Below, piece after piece: positions 38,013 to 46,817 of a DNA stretch of 64,000 nucleotides; the first letter of the stretch is position 1; each line of letters starts with the position of its first letter. The stretch comes from Dehalococcoidia bacterium (lineage in GTDB: Bacteria > Chloroflexota > Dehalococcoidia > UBA2979). The translations under genes were made by a program, and so were the position numbers. Below the pieces are notes generated by a model. That model had not been told where the DNA came from. It saw only the letters and a program-made list of their open reading frames with translations, and made no database searches. The stretch spans positions 10,887 through 74,886 of the forward strand of contig JACKCJ010000001.1 of the NCBI GenBank assembly GCA_020634075.1, read 5' to 3'.

Positions 38013-39698
38013 CTACGCCTGAACCCGGCGCTTAATCTCGGCCTTGAGGTCAGCGACCTTGAAGGGGAGACCGGTGTACTGGGTGATGGCCTCCGCGTTG
38101 AGGCCCTTCGAGCGCAGGTACGCGGCGAACTGACCCATGTAGTTCAGCTCCGGCACCAGGATGCGCTTGCCCTTGAGCTCCTCGAGCATCTTCGCCGGGA
38201 GCGGGTTCAGGAACATCGTGTAGTACCAGCCGACCTTCACGCCCTCGGCGTCCAGCTCGCGCCAGGCGGCGAGAGCGGAGCCCTTCGAGCCGCCCCACGT
38301 CAGCACGACGGTGTCGGCGTCCGTGTTCTCGGCCTCGTAGGTGCCGTCGTTGAGGAGCTCGAGCTTCTTGAAGCGGCGCTCCGTCATCGTGACGTGGATG
38401 TCCGGCAGGTGGGTCGTGTCGCCCTGCTCGTCGTGCTCGGAAGCGTTGGCGACGTAGGCGCCCGGGCCACCCGGGACCGGGAACGGGCTCACGCCGTCAC
38501 CGGCGTAGCGCCGGTTGCCCTGCTCGCCCTTCGAGACGACCCGACGCTCGTCCACGACCTGCGAGAGGTCCGGCATCGGGATGTCCTGGGCGCGCTCGGC
38601 GATCGATGCCTCCGAGAGGAAGAGCACCGGGCCCTGGTACCGCTCGGCCCAGTTGAGCGCGTGCATCGCGCCCCAGAAGGCCTCCTCGGTGGAGCCACAC
38701 GCGATGACCGGGGTGCTCATGTCGCCGTGGCCGGGGTTCATCGCCATCGTGAGGTCGGACTGCTCGGTCTTGGTCGGGAGGCCGGTGGCCGGGCCACCGC
38801 GCTGGACGTCCACGACGACCAGCGGAATCTCCGCCATCCACGCCAGGCCGAGGCCCTCACCCATCAGGGAGACGCCGGGGCCGGCGGTGGAGGTCATGAC
38901 CTTCTTGCCGGCGAAGCCCGTACCGACGAGGGCGTTGATCGCCTCGATCTCGGACGACGCCTGGCCGACGAACTTGTCCTTGCCGACGAGGTTCGACTCC
39001 ATGTAGACGAGCATCGTCGTCGCCGGGGAGATCGGGTAGCCGATGAAGGAGTCGACGCCACCGGCCATCGCGCCGAGGGCGGCGGCCTCGTAGCCGCGGA
39101 TCAGGACGCGCGGCTCGGCGTGCGCCGGGGCCGGGTCCAGGTCCTCGAGCGACAGGCCGGCCTTCTCGGCGACCTCGACGCCCATGCGGAGGGCGTTGAT
39201 GTTGCCCTCGACGATCGCCTCGTCACCCGGGCGGCCACGCGACCAGCGCTTGGTGATGAAGGCTTCGAGGGCCTCGATGGAGACGCCGGCCATCTTCGCG
39301 ACGGCGCCGATGAGGATGATGGTGGAGGCAAGGGGGTTGCCGGCTTCGCGGGCCATGCGGTCCGCGGGGATCCCGAGGGCACGGGCGTTATCCGCGACCT
39401 CGAACTCCTCGGAGTTGTAGACCACGAGGCCGCCCTCGCGGAGGTCCTCCAGGTTGTGGTCGTACGCGTACTGGTTCTGAGCCACCAGCACGTCCAGGTA
39501 GTCACCCGGCGTCAGGATCGGCTCAGACGAGATCCGGGCCTGGCCCCAGGCGGGGCCACCCTTGATCTGCGACGGGAAGGTCGAGAACGTCAGGACGTGA
39601 TAACCGCCGGACGCAGCCGCCGATGCCATGAGTTCGGCACCACCGACCACACCCTGTCCGCCTTCACCTGCGAAGCGGACCACCAGATTCTTGCTCAT
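38013..39698 (-). CDS. korA: 2-oxoacid:ferredoxin oxidoreductase alpha subunit (fused gamma-alpha)
   Basis: 561 aa. N-terminus RFAGEGGQGV (gamma domain) followed by the pyruvate-flavodoxin oxidoreductase core. Confidence 0.88.
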   Translation of the reverse strand: MSKNLVVRFAGEGGQGVVGGAELMASAAASGGYHVLTFSTFPSQIKGGPAWGQARISSEPILTPGDYLDVLVAQNQYAYDHNLEDLREGGLVVYNSEEFEVADNARALGIPADRMAREAGNPLASTIILIGAVAKMAGVSIEALEAFITKRWSRGRPGDEAIVEGNINALRMGVEVAEKAGLSLEDLDPAPAHAEPRVLIRGYEAAALGAMAGGVDSFIGYPISPATTMLVYMESNLVGKDKFVGQASSEIEAINALVGTGFAGKKVMTSTAGPGVSLMGEGLGLAWMAEIPLVVVDVQRGGPATGLPTKTEQSDLTMAMNPGHGDMSTPVIACGSTEEAFWGAMHALNWAERYQGPVLFLSEASIAERAQDIPMPDLSQVVDERRVVSKGEQGNRRYAGDGVSPFPVPGGPGAYVANASEHDEQGDTTHLPDIHVTMTERRFKKLELLNDGTYEAENTDADTVVLTWGGSKGSALAAWRELDAEGVKVGWYYTMFLNPLPAKMLEELKGKRILVPELNYMGQFAAYLRSKGLNAEAITQYTGLPFKVADLKAEIKRRVQA

Positions 39699-40108
39699 GC
39701 GAAGCCTGTTCCCCTGCCCGCCGCATCTGCGGACGAAGCATCCACCCGTTGGGCACGGATACAGGGAGCGGTGAGGTCCGATCCCTGGACCGAGTTACCG
39801 CTGGGCGCCTCCAATTCCCCGTGGAGGCATTCGTGATGACCATCCGCACGCAACGCTCATTGTGGCGCTCACGCGCTTATTCGCCATTATCGGCACCGTC
39901 CGGCGGTAGACACAAACCCTCCCGGAGGGCCGGACGCCGCACGTGCCTTCTGAGCGCGATGATAGTCACGCCGAGCCCGCATTGCGATGGAGAGATCGAC
40001 CGATCACGCAGTCTGTAAGAGTCCTGCACCGTAATATCGGTCGCTCTTCAGCCGTTGCCTCGCGTCCGTCTCGACGTCGAGGCGCCCGCTCGTGAAGGAG
40101 AGCTCCTC

Positions 40109-40342
40109 ATGGTGAAGGCCTACGTCCTGATCGTCACCGAGCCGGGAGCGACGCGGCGCCTCGTCGAGACCATCCGCGAGCTCGACCTCGTCCACGAGGT
40201 CCACGAGGTCATGGGCCCGTACGACATCGTCGCGGAGATCCGGGCGGACAGCCTGCAGGAGATCCCGGGGATCCTCCAGGAGCAGATCCGCAGCCTGCCG
40301 GGCATCCACTCCACGACCTCGCTCGTCGCGTTCCCCAGCTAG
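40109..40342 (+). CDS. stand-alone Lrp/AsnC ligand-binding (RAM) domain protein (77 aa)
   Basis: MVKAYVLIVTEPG...EVHEVMGPYDIVAEI.. ATG follows GAAGGAGAG. No HTH domain. Confidence 0.75.
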   Translation: MVKAYVLIVTEPGATRRLVETIRELDLVHEVHEVMGPYDIVAEIRADSLQEIPGILQEQIRSLPGIHSTTSLVAFPS

Positions 40343-40366
40343 CTCACCAGACTGCTTGCGCCGAGG

Positions 40367-41671
40367 CTAGGCGCCCGACGCCGCCGCCTCCGCTTCGTCG
40401 GACTCGTCGACGAGGTCGACGTGCCGCAGCCTCGGGGCGCTGATCCAGACGAACACCGCGAAGGCGCTCACCGCGAGGCCGCCGAGGGCGACCGAGAGCG
40501 GCGCGCCCAGCACTTCGGCGAGTGCTCCCGCCGGAAGGGCGCCAATCGAGGCGAGGAACCACGTCATGGACCAGATGCCCATGACGCGGCCACGCAGTTC
40601 GTCCGGGACCATCACCTGCAGCGTGGTCATGCCGATGTTCAGGTAGAGCGCGGACGAGAAGCCCGCGAGGAAGAGCAGCGCCATCGAGAGCGGCATCGAG
40701 CGGCTGGCGGCGAACCCGGCGATGAGCAGCCCGAAGATCGCCGCGAAGATGACCATCGCCGAGCCGGCGTGACGGCCGGCGCCGACCTTGATGATCGCCA
40801 GCGTCCCGAGCACGGAGCCGATGCCCGTGAACGCCTCGAGCGCGCCGAACCCCTTCGCACCGACCTGCAGGATGTCCTCCGCGAACACCGGCAGCAGGAA
40901 CTGGTACGACATCCCGAACACTGACGTGAAGAACGAGAGCCCGATCGTCGCGAGGAAGATCGGCGTGCGCATGATGTAGCGCGCCCCCGTCCACATGTCG
41001 TCGCCGTGCTCGGACGCGGCGGCCGAGGGCACGCGCGGCCGCGGTGAGAGCGACGCGAACAGCACCGTCGCGATGCCGATCGCGACCGCGGTCACGAAGA
41101 ACGCATCGCCGGTCCCGATCGCCGCGAGGAGCACGCCGGCCACCGCCGGCCCCACGATGCGGACGCCGGACCACACCATCGAGTTCAGCGCGACGGCGCT
41201 CGGCATCACGCGCATGTCGATCAGCCGCGGCATGACCGACTGCATCGACGGGTTCCCGAGCGCGGCGAACATCCCGGTCACGATCGACCAGGCGATCACG
41301 ATCCAGATGTTGGCGAGCCCGGCCAGGATCAGGATCGGCAGCGCGAGCGCCGCGACCGCGTAGGCGCCCTGGGAGACGACCAGCACCTTCTGGTCGTTGA
41401 ACCGGTCGGCCAGCACCCCGGCCGGGACGCTGAAGATGATCGTCGGAAGCGCGGCCGCGACCGCGACAATTCCGAGCCAGATCGGCGAGCGGTCCAGCTC
41501 GACCGACACGAGCCACGGCACGGCGATGATCCGGAACTGGAGCCCCAGCACCCGGAAGATCTGCGCCAGCCAGTAGCGGCGGAACTGCGGGAACGAGAGC
41601 GCGCCCCAACGGGCGGCCACCTCGGTGGTGTCGCCGGCACCCGGAACGCCGGGTCGCCCGGACGCCGTCAT
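40367..41671 (-). CDS. MFS transporter
   Basis: 434 aa with FRRYWLAQIF..DRFNDQKVL and 12 hydrophobic segments. Confidence 0.85.
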   Translation of the reverse strand: MTASGRPGVPGAGDTTEVAARWGALSFPQFRRYWLAQIFRVLGLQFRIIAVPWLVSVELDRSPIWLGIVAVAAALPTIIFSVPAGVLADRFNDQKVLVVSQGAYAVAALALPILILAGLANIWIVIAWSIVTGMFAALGNPSMQSVMPRLIDMRVMPSAVALNSMVWSGVRIVGPAVAGVLLAAIGTGDAFFVTAVAIGIATVLFASLSPRPRVPSAAASEHGDDMWTGARYIMRTPIFLATIGLSFFTSVFGMSYQFLLPVFAEDILQVGAKGFGALEAFTGIGSVLGTLAIIKVGAGRHAGSAMVIFAAIFGLLIAGFAASRSMPLSMALLFLAGFSSALYLNIGMTTLQVMVPDELRGRVMGIWSMTWFLASIGALPAGALAEVLGAPLSVALGGLAVSAFAVFVWISAPRLRHVDLVDESDEAEAAASGA

Positions 41672-41699
41672 CGACGGCCGTCCGGGAGCTGGACGCGAC

Positions 41700-42533
41700 T
41701 CAGCGGTGCGCGTCCAGGAAGGCGGTGGCGACGGTGAGCCACTCGTGCTCCATGTCCCAGTAGGTGTTGTGTCCGGCCTTCTCGAGCGTCACGGACCGCG
41801 CGCCGGGGATCGCCATGTCCATGTCCTGCAGCACCTGCGCGGCGAGCACCTGCGAGCGGCCGCCGCGGATAAAGAGGATCGGCCGCGTGATCGTCTTCGC
41901 CTCGTCCCAGAGGTCCTTCGGCTCCCACTTCATCGGCGCGTTCGGGTCGTGCTTCGGCTCGTAGCCGCCGTCGACCTGCTTCAGGAGCTCCTCGGCGGCG
42001 AGGGCGTGCGCCCAGTCCGGCGTGAGTGGGTTCTGCTCGCGGCGCGGGGCCAGCCACTCACCAGTGGAGGCGAAGCGCTTGTGCTTTCCGTCCGGGAAGG
42101 GGAGCGCCATGTTCTCGCGGTTCAGCTCGAGGGCAGGGGGGATGTCGTTCGCGATGGACGCGATGATCCGCTCGGGGTGTCGTGCCGTGTAGGCGATGGT
42201 GTGGTGACCACCCATGGACTGGCCCACGAGCACGAACCGGTCCAGCCCGAGGCCGTCGACGAACTGCTCGAGGTCGGAGAGGTACGTGTCGGTGTCGTAC
42301 TTGTCGGCCGGCCCCCACTCGGAGCCGCCGTGGCCTCGCTGGTCCAGCGCGATCACGCGGAACGACGGCGCGAAGTGCTCAGCCACGCGCCGCAGCGTGC
42401 CCCAGGCCGACGTCAGCCCGTGGAGAATGACCATCGTCGGCGCGTCCGCGAAGGGCGCTCCGTAATCGACATAATGCAGCGTCAGCCCGTTGATGCTGAC
42501 CGTCTCGTGCTTCGGCTCGACGCGGGTCGTCAT
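41700..42533 (-). CDS. alpha/beta hydrolase
   Basis: MVILHGL and the nucleophile elbow GQSMGG. ATG follows GGAGGAG. The rest of the 488-aa ORF is antisense to bcp. Confidence 0.85.
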   Translation of the reverse strand: MTTRVEPKHETVSINGLTLHYVDYGAPFADAPTMVILHGLTSAWGTLRRVAEHFAPSFRVIALDQRGHGGSEWGPADKYDTDTYLSDLEQFVDGLGLDRFVLVGQSMGGHHTIAYTARHPERIIASIANDIPPALELNRENMALPFPDGKHKRFASTGEWLAPRREQNPLTPDWAHALAAEELLKQVDGGYEPKHDPNAPMKWEPKDLWDEAKTITRPILFIRGGRSQVLAAQVLQDMDMAIPGARSVTLEKAGHNTYWDMEHEWLTVATAFLDAHR

Positions 42534-42722
42534 GACTGCTCCTCCAGGCTGGCGGCGGGCTCGCGGCGCACGACTGCGCCCCCGGCCCGTCCGCGGCCTG
42601 CGGAAGATAGCGCACGCGTCGCGCCGTGGGATCCGACGCTCGGTATCCTCCGGCCAGCGACACAAGACGGGACCGCGGTAGCCACCGCCGCTCGATGGGC
42701 AGCGGCGCCACAGGAGGATGGA

Positions 42723-43187
42723 ATGGCGATCACGCTCGAGGCAGGGGACAAGGCACCGGCGTTCACACTGAAAGACCAGGACGGGAAGACGCACAGCCTG
42801 AAGGACTACGCCGGCCAGACGGTCGTCCTCTACTTCTACCCGAAGGACGACACCCCGGGCTGTACCAAGGAGGCGTGCTCCTTCCGCGACAACTTCGGCG
42901 CGATCGAGGAGGCGGGCGCGGTGGTCCTCGGAGTCTCCGCCGACGACGCCTCCTCGCACCAGAAGTTCCGCGCGAAGTACGACCTGCCGTTCCCGCTCCT
43001 CGTCGACGAGGGCGCCAAGGTCGCCACGAAGTACGGGGCGTGGGGCGAGAAGGTGCTGTACGGCAAGACGGTCATCGGGATGACGCGCTCGACGTTCATC
43101 ATCGGCCCGGACGGGAGGCTCACCAAGGTCTGGAAGCGCGTTCAGGCGGACGGTCACGCAGACCACGTCCTGAAGGCGCTGGCCTGA
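42723..43187 (+). CDS. bcp: peroxiredoxin (Bcp type)
   Basis: FYPKDDTPGCTKEAC. ATG follows AGGAGGA. Confidence 0.9.
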   Translation: MAITLEAGDKAPAFTLKDQDGKTHSLKDYAGQTVVLYFYPKDDTPGCTKEACSFRDNFGAIEEAGAVVLGVSADDASSHQKFRAKYDLPFPLLVDEGAKVATKYGAWGEKVLYGKTVIGMTRSTFIIGPDGRLTKVWKRVQADGHADHVLKALA

Positions 43188-43293
43188 TCCACGACGCGAT
43201 CAGACCGTGTCAGTTAGGTTTCAGGCGGCGGAACTACGATTGCCATCGTAACGACATAACTCGCGAACAATGAATCTACCAGTGTGACAAATA

Positions 43294-43322
43294 GGGGAGG
43301 ACGGTCATAAGACGTCCTCCCC
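43294..43322 (-). terminator. intrinsic terminator of the 75-aa gene (possibly bidirectional with bcp)
   Basis: 10-bp stem GGGGAGGACG/CGTCCTCCCC with a 9-nt loop. On the minus strand it is followed by TATTTGT. Confidence 0.6.
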
Positions 43323-43346
43323 TCGTCATCGGGCGAACAGCTCGGG

Positions 43347-43574
43347 CTAGGCGGCGATGCGGTCCACCTCGGAAGCCACGACCCGGCCCTGGCAGGCGGG
43401 GCAGCGAAGGCCGCGGGCCGTCTGGACTGGCTGGACGATCACCTGTCCGCCCTCGGGCTTCAGGAAGTGGATGTCGTCCTGGCCGTGCTGCTCGGGGTGG
43501 GACTCGAACTCGCCCAGGTAGCGCCCACACGAGAAGCAGCGGAGCTCGCCGCGGTAGGTCAGAGCGATGGTCAT
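43347..43574 (-). CDS. small Cys/His-rich zinc-ribbon-like protein (75 aa)
   Basis: GGAGGAG-N9-ATG. C13xxC16 and C58xxC61, plus His26/His30/His36. High GC3. It has its own promoter and terminator. Confidence 0.65.
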   Translation of the reverse strand: MTIALTYRGELRCFSCGRYLGEFESHPEQHGQDDIHFLKPEGGQVIVQPVQTARGLRCPACQGRVVASEVDRIAA

Positions 43575-43590
43575 TTGTTGTTACTCCTCC

Positions 43591-43640
43591 ATACCCCATT
43601 GGGGTATGTGGAATATACCCATACGGGGTATACGACGCAA
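43591..43640 (-). promoter_or_regulatory. sigma70-like promoter with two CsoR-type palindromic operators
   Basis: On the minus strand the sequence reads TTGCGT-17 nt-TATATT (plus-strand coordinates 43635-43640 and 43612-43617). ATACCCATACGGGGTAT (43616-43632) fills the spacer. ATACCCCATTGGGGTAT (43591-43607, perfect 8-1-8) covers the expected +1 and leader. Confidence 0.55.
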
Positions 43641-44170
43641 GCCCCGGCACACCAGCGCGCTGCGACGCCGTGCGAGTTCCCAAGGGCCGGCACCTTGGAG
43701 CGAGGTCCCGCACGAGGGCCTTGGGCATGGATCTAACCGGGTCGGCGGTTGAGCTGCGCGAGGCTCAACCTCGGCGACGGAGCCCGAAGGGGGCAGCGTC
43801 CACGGCAGGGCTGACGTCGACCGCGGGGCGTCGCTTGCAGCGATGACGAAGCCTCGAGGCAGCGAGCTGCGCGGCCGCGCTCCCAGGTTCGCGGGGCGCT
43901 CTCTGGACACGGGCGAACGCGCCCCACGCACGGAGCCGACGCGGGGCCGACCATGCCGCGCGCTGATCTCGGCGACTGCAGGCAGCGCCGGCCGCAGCGT
44001 CGATGCGGCACAGGGGAGGACTTCGGACCTCCCCTCGGGAGTGCGACGGAACTTCGCACTATCTCCGTTATGTGTTGCCACGCATGGGGCGCGTCCCCGA
44101 GGGCCTCTGCACCGGGGAGGATGTAGACTGAGCGTCCCTCCACCCACGCATCCGCCGAAGGTGACGCCTC

Positions 44171-45505
44171 GTGAGTTCAACCGCACGCAACGCCGTGATC
44201 GGTCTGGCGTCCGCGCTCATCGCGGTCCTGCTGGTCGCGTCCGGATTCCTCGCGCGTGTCGTCACCGAGCCTGACAGCGAACCGGCTTCGGTCACGCAGT
44301 CGACGTCCAGTGGTGGCATCAGCAACCCGACGACCAGCCAGAGCGATGGCGAGTTCGATGGCGACCTGCTCGCTGAGATCGCCGGCGTCCTCAACCGCGA
44401 CTTCGTCGACGAGTCCCGCGTGGATCCGGACCTCCTCAAGGACGGCGCCATCCAGGGCATGTTCAACAGCCTGAATGACCCGCACTCCACCTACATCGAC
44501 CCGCAGACCTATGCCCTCTCCCACGACGACTTCGAGGGCGCCTTCGAGGGCATCGGCGCGACGGTGTCCAAGCAAGATAATTATGTCGTGATCGTGCAGC
44601 CGATCCCGGACACCCCTGCCGCCCAGGCCGGCCTCCAGGCCGGCGACATCATCCTCGCCGTCGACGGCGAGGATGCCGAGAACTGGAGCGTCGAGCAGGC
44701 GGTCATCCGGATCCGCGGGCCTCGCGGCACCTCGGTCGACCTCACCGTGCGCCACGGCGACGGCACGGAGGAGACGCTCACCATCGTGCGCGACAACATC
44801 CCGGTCGCGTCGGTCGTCACGACCCCGCCCACCGGCGAGCTCGTCGACGAGAACGGCGACCCGGTCACCGAGTTCGCCTACATCCGCATCCTGCAGTTCG
44901 CGCGGAACACGCCGCAGGAGCTCCGCGACGCCATCTCGGAGGCCGAGGACAACGGCGCGCAGGGCCTCATCATCGACCTGCGCAGCAACCCCGGCGGACT
45001 GCTCGTGCAGACCATCGAGATCGCCGACATGTTCCTGGACGACGGCATCATCATGAAGCAGGTCGACCGCGCCGGGAACGAACAGACCGCCTCCGCCACG
45101 GCCGGGACCTTCACCGATCTCCCCGTGGTCATCCTGCAGGACGAGTTCTCGGCCTCCGGCTCTGAGCTCTTCGCCGCCGCGATGCAGGAGCACGGCCGCG
45201 CGACGATCATCGGCACACGGTCCTTCGGCAAGGGCACGGTGAACCACGCCGTCGAGCTCTCGAACGGCGGCGCGGTCTACGTCTCGATCGCGCGCTGGCT
45301 CACGCCCGACGGCAACCAGATCGAGGGCCGAGGCATCACGCCGGACGTCCCGATCACCCTGACGCTCGAGGACATCGACGCCCAGCGCGACGTCGCGATC
45401 TTCCGGGCCGTCAACGTCCTGCGTGGCGAGCCGCTTCCGGAGCCTCCGCCCGCCACCGAGACCCCGACGGCGACCGAGAGCGCGACCGCGACGCCCGTCC
45501 CGTAG
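44171..45505 (+). CDS. S41 family C-terminal processing peptidase with PDZ domain
   Basis: N-terminal TM anchor, PDZ (GLQAGDIILAVDG) and Ser/Lys motifs SASGSE and RSFGKGTV. Confidence 0.9.
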   Translation: MSSTARNAVIGLASALIAVLLVASGFLARVVTEPDSEPASVTQSTSSGGISNPTTSQSDGEFDGDLLAEIAGVLNRDFVDESRVDPDLLKDGAIQGMFNSLNDPHSTYIDPQTYALSHDDFEGAFEGIGATVSKQDNYVVIVQPIPDTPAAQAGLQAGDIILAVDGEDAENWSVEQAVIRIRGPRGTSVDLTVRHGDGTEETLTIVRDNIPVASVVTTPPTGELVDENGDPVTEFAYIRILQFARNTPQELRDAISEAEDNGAQGLIIDLRSNPGGLLVQTIEIADMFLDDGIIMKQVDRAGNEQTASATAGTFTDLPVVILQDEFSASGSELFAAAMQEHGRATIIGTRSFGKGTVNHAVELSNGGAVYVSIARWLTPDGNQIEGRGITPDVPITLTLEDIDAQRDVAIFRAVNVLRGEPLPEPPPATETPTATESATATPVP

Positions 45506-45638
45506 CCCGAGGCCATCAGGCGAGGGCCACGCGGCCGCGACCCCGCGGCGGGCGCCCCCTATCCTGCCGATCCCGGCCCCGCCTTCGCGGCGCCGAGCTC
45601 TGTATGATTATGTCTTGTTGAGAGAGTGTCCCCGCAGC

Positions 45639-46133
45639 GTGGCGAAGAAGTCGAAGACAGCCCAGAAGTCGGACCAGGACCAGAGCGCCACGCTCGCGGT
45701 CAACCGTCGCGCGCGCTTCGACTACGAGATCATCGAGTCGGTCGAGGCCGGCCTCGTCCTCACCGGCACGGAGATCAAGTCGCTCCGCGAAGGCACCGGC
45801 TCGATCGCCGAGGCCTACGCGCGGATCCGCGACGGCGAGATGTGGCTCTTCAACATGCACATCCCGCCCTATGCCCCCGCCCGCGAGAACCACGAACCGC
45901 GGCGCGCCCGGAAGCTCCTGATGCACCGCCGGCAGATCGAGGAATGGGAACACCTCCTCGAGACACAGCCGCGCACGACAATCGTGCCGATGCGGATGTA
46001 CCTCACGCGTGGCAAGGCGAAGGTCCAGATCGGCCTGGCGCGCGGCAAGCGCTCCTACGACAAGCGCCAGACGATCGCCAAGCGCGAGGCCGAACGCTCG
46101 ATGCAGCGCGCCCTCCGCCACAATCAGCGCTAG
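45639..46133 (+). CDS. smpB: SsrA-binding protein
   Basis: NRRARFDYEIIESVEAGLVLTGTEIKSLR..KLLMHRRQI.. GTG at 45639. The in-frame TTGs at 45615 and 45618 are alternative starts. Confidence 0.9.
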   Translation: MAKKSKTAQKSDQDQSATLAVNRRARFDYEIIESVEAGLVLTGTEIKSLREGTGSIAEAYARIRDGEMWLFNMHIPPYAPARENHEPRRARKLLMHRRQIEEWEHLLETQPRTTIVPMRMYLTRGKAKVQIGLARGKRSYDKRQTIAKREAERSMQRALRHNQR

Positions 46134-46183
46134 CGAGCGCCTCCCCCCTGCTCCACCGCGTCGAGGGTTGCGCGTGCCGCTAC

Positions 46184-46212
46184 TTGGAGCGGTGTTCGGA
46201 ACACGCTATACT
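46184..46212 (+). promoter_or_regulatory. candidate ssrA promoter
   Basis: TTGGAG-17 nt-TATACT. The -10 element ends 15 nt before the mature tmRNA 5' end. Confidence 0.4.
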
Positions 46213-46227
46213 GGCGTTGCATCGCAT

Positions 46228-46590
46228 GGGGACGACAGGATTCGACAGGTACGTTCCGGTGCGGATCGCGGGTTGAGGTGCCGCCACCCTCACTAATCAG
46301 GCGGCAAACGGATAACTGGCAACCGTCAACTTGCCCTCGCTGCGTAACTAACGTAGCGACGTGGCCGTAGGCCCCACCTCGACGGGTTTGCGGCCGCGAC
46401 GTTAAGTCGAGGTGCCGTGCGGACCTGCGTCTCAGGGTCGCCGCACGAAAGACCAACTGAGACTGGCCGGGTCAGCCCTCAACCGCCACCGGATGGGCGC
46501 CGGCGAGAACAGTCCGTCGTGGCTACACCCGTAGACGTTCGTATCAGTCGTGCTCTGGACGGGGAGTTCAATTCTCCCCCGTCTCCACCA
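46228..46590 (+). ncRNA. ssrA: tmRNA
   Basis: The 5' GGGGACG pairs with the 3' CGTCTCC-ACCA (G3:U70 alanine identity pair). T-arm GGACGGGGAGTTCAATTCTCCCCGTCTCCACCA. Internal tag frame ...AAC CGT CAA CTT GCC CTC GCT GCG TAA (..NRQLALAA*). Immediately follows smpB. Confidence 0.92.
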
Positions 46591-46688
46591 CCGATGCCGC
46601 GGCGCCCCGTGGGCGCGCGGACACAGCGCTCCGAGGAGCGCGCGTGTGCGTGACCGAGGGAGGGCGACTCGACTGCGCCCGAGCGGCG

Positions 46689-46817
46689 CTAGTCCTTGTC
46701 CCGGGGGAGCTTGCTCACGCCCCAGAAGAACACGCCCATGCCGCTTCCGAGCAGGAACATGAAGATGCCCAGTCCAACGGGCGTTCCCCACATGTCCGGC
46801 GACCAGAGACCTTCCAT
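46689..46817 (-). CDS. small membrane protein (42 aa)
   Basis: AGGAGGG-N8-ATG. MEGLWSPDMWGTPVGLGIFMFLLGSGMGVFFWGVSKLPRDKD has one TM segment. The longer 68-aa ORF start is unsupported. Confidence 0.5.
   Translation of the reverse strand: MEGLWSPDMWGTPVGLGIFMFLLGSGMGVFFWGVSKLPRDKD

Noticed and set aside
43641-44170. RNase P RNA, cobalamin riboswitch or c-di-AMP (ydaO) riboswitch in the ORF-free gap
   Set aside because: Neither strand has the GGAAAGUCCGG and ACAGAAxCCGGCUUA P4 elements of RNase P, and there is no B12 box. Only scattered short resemblances to ydaO elements (CCGAAGGGG, GCTCAACCTCG) occur, and they are in the wrong order.
43581-44274. ORFs 43581..44186(-), 43733..44143(-) and 43843..44274(+) as protein genes
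   Set aside because: The translations are extremely Arg/Pro/Gly-rich, have no motifs, overlap each other and run into the promoter and operators or into the S41 protease gene out of frame.
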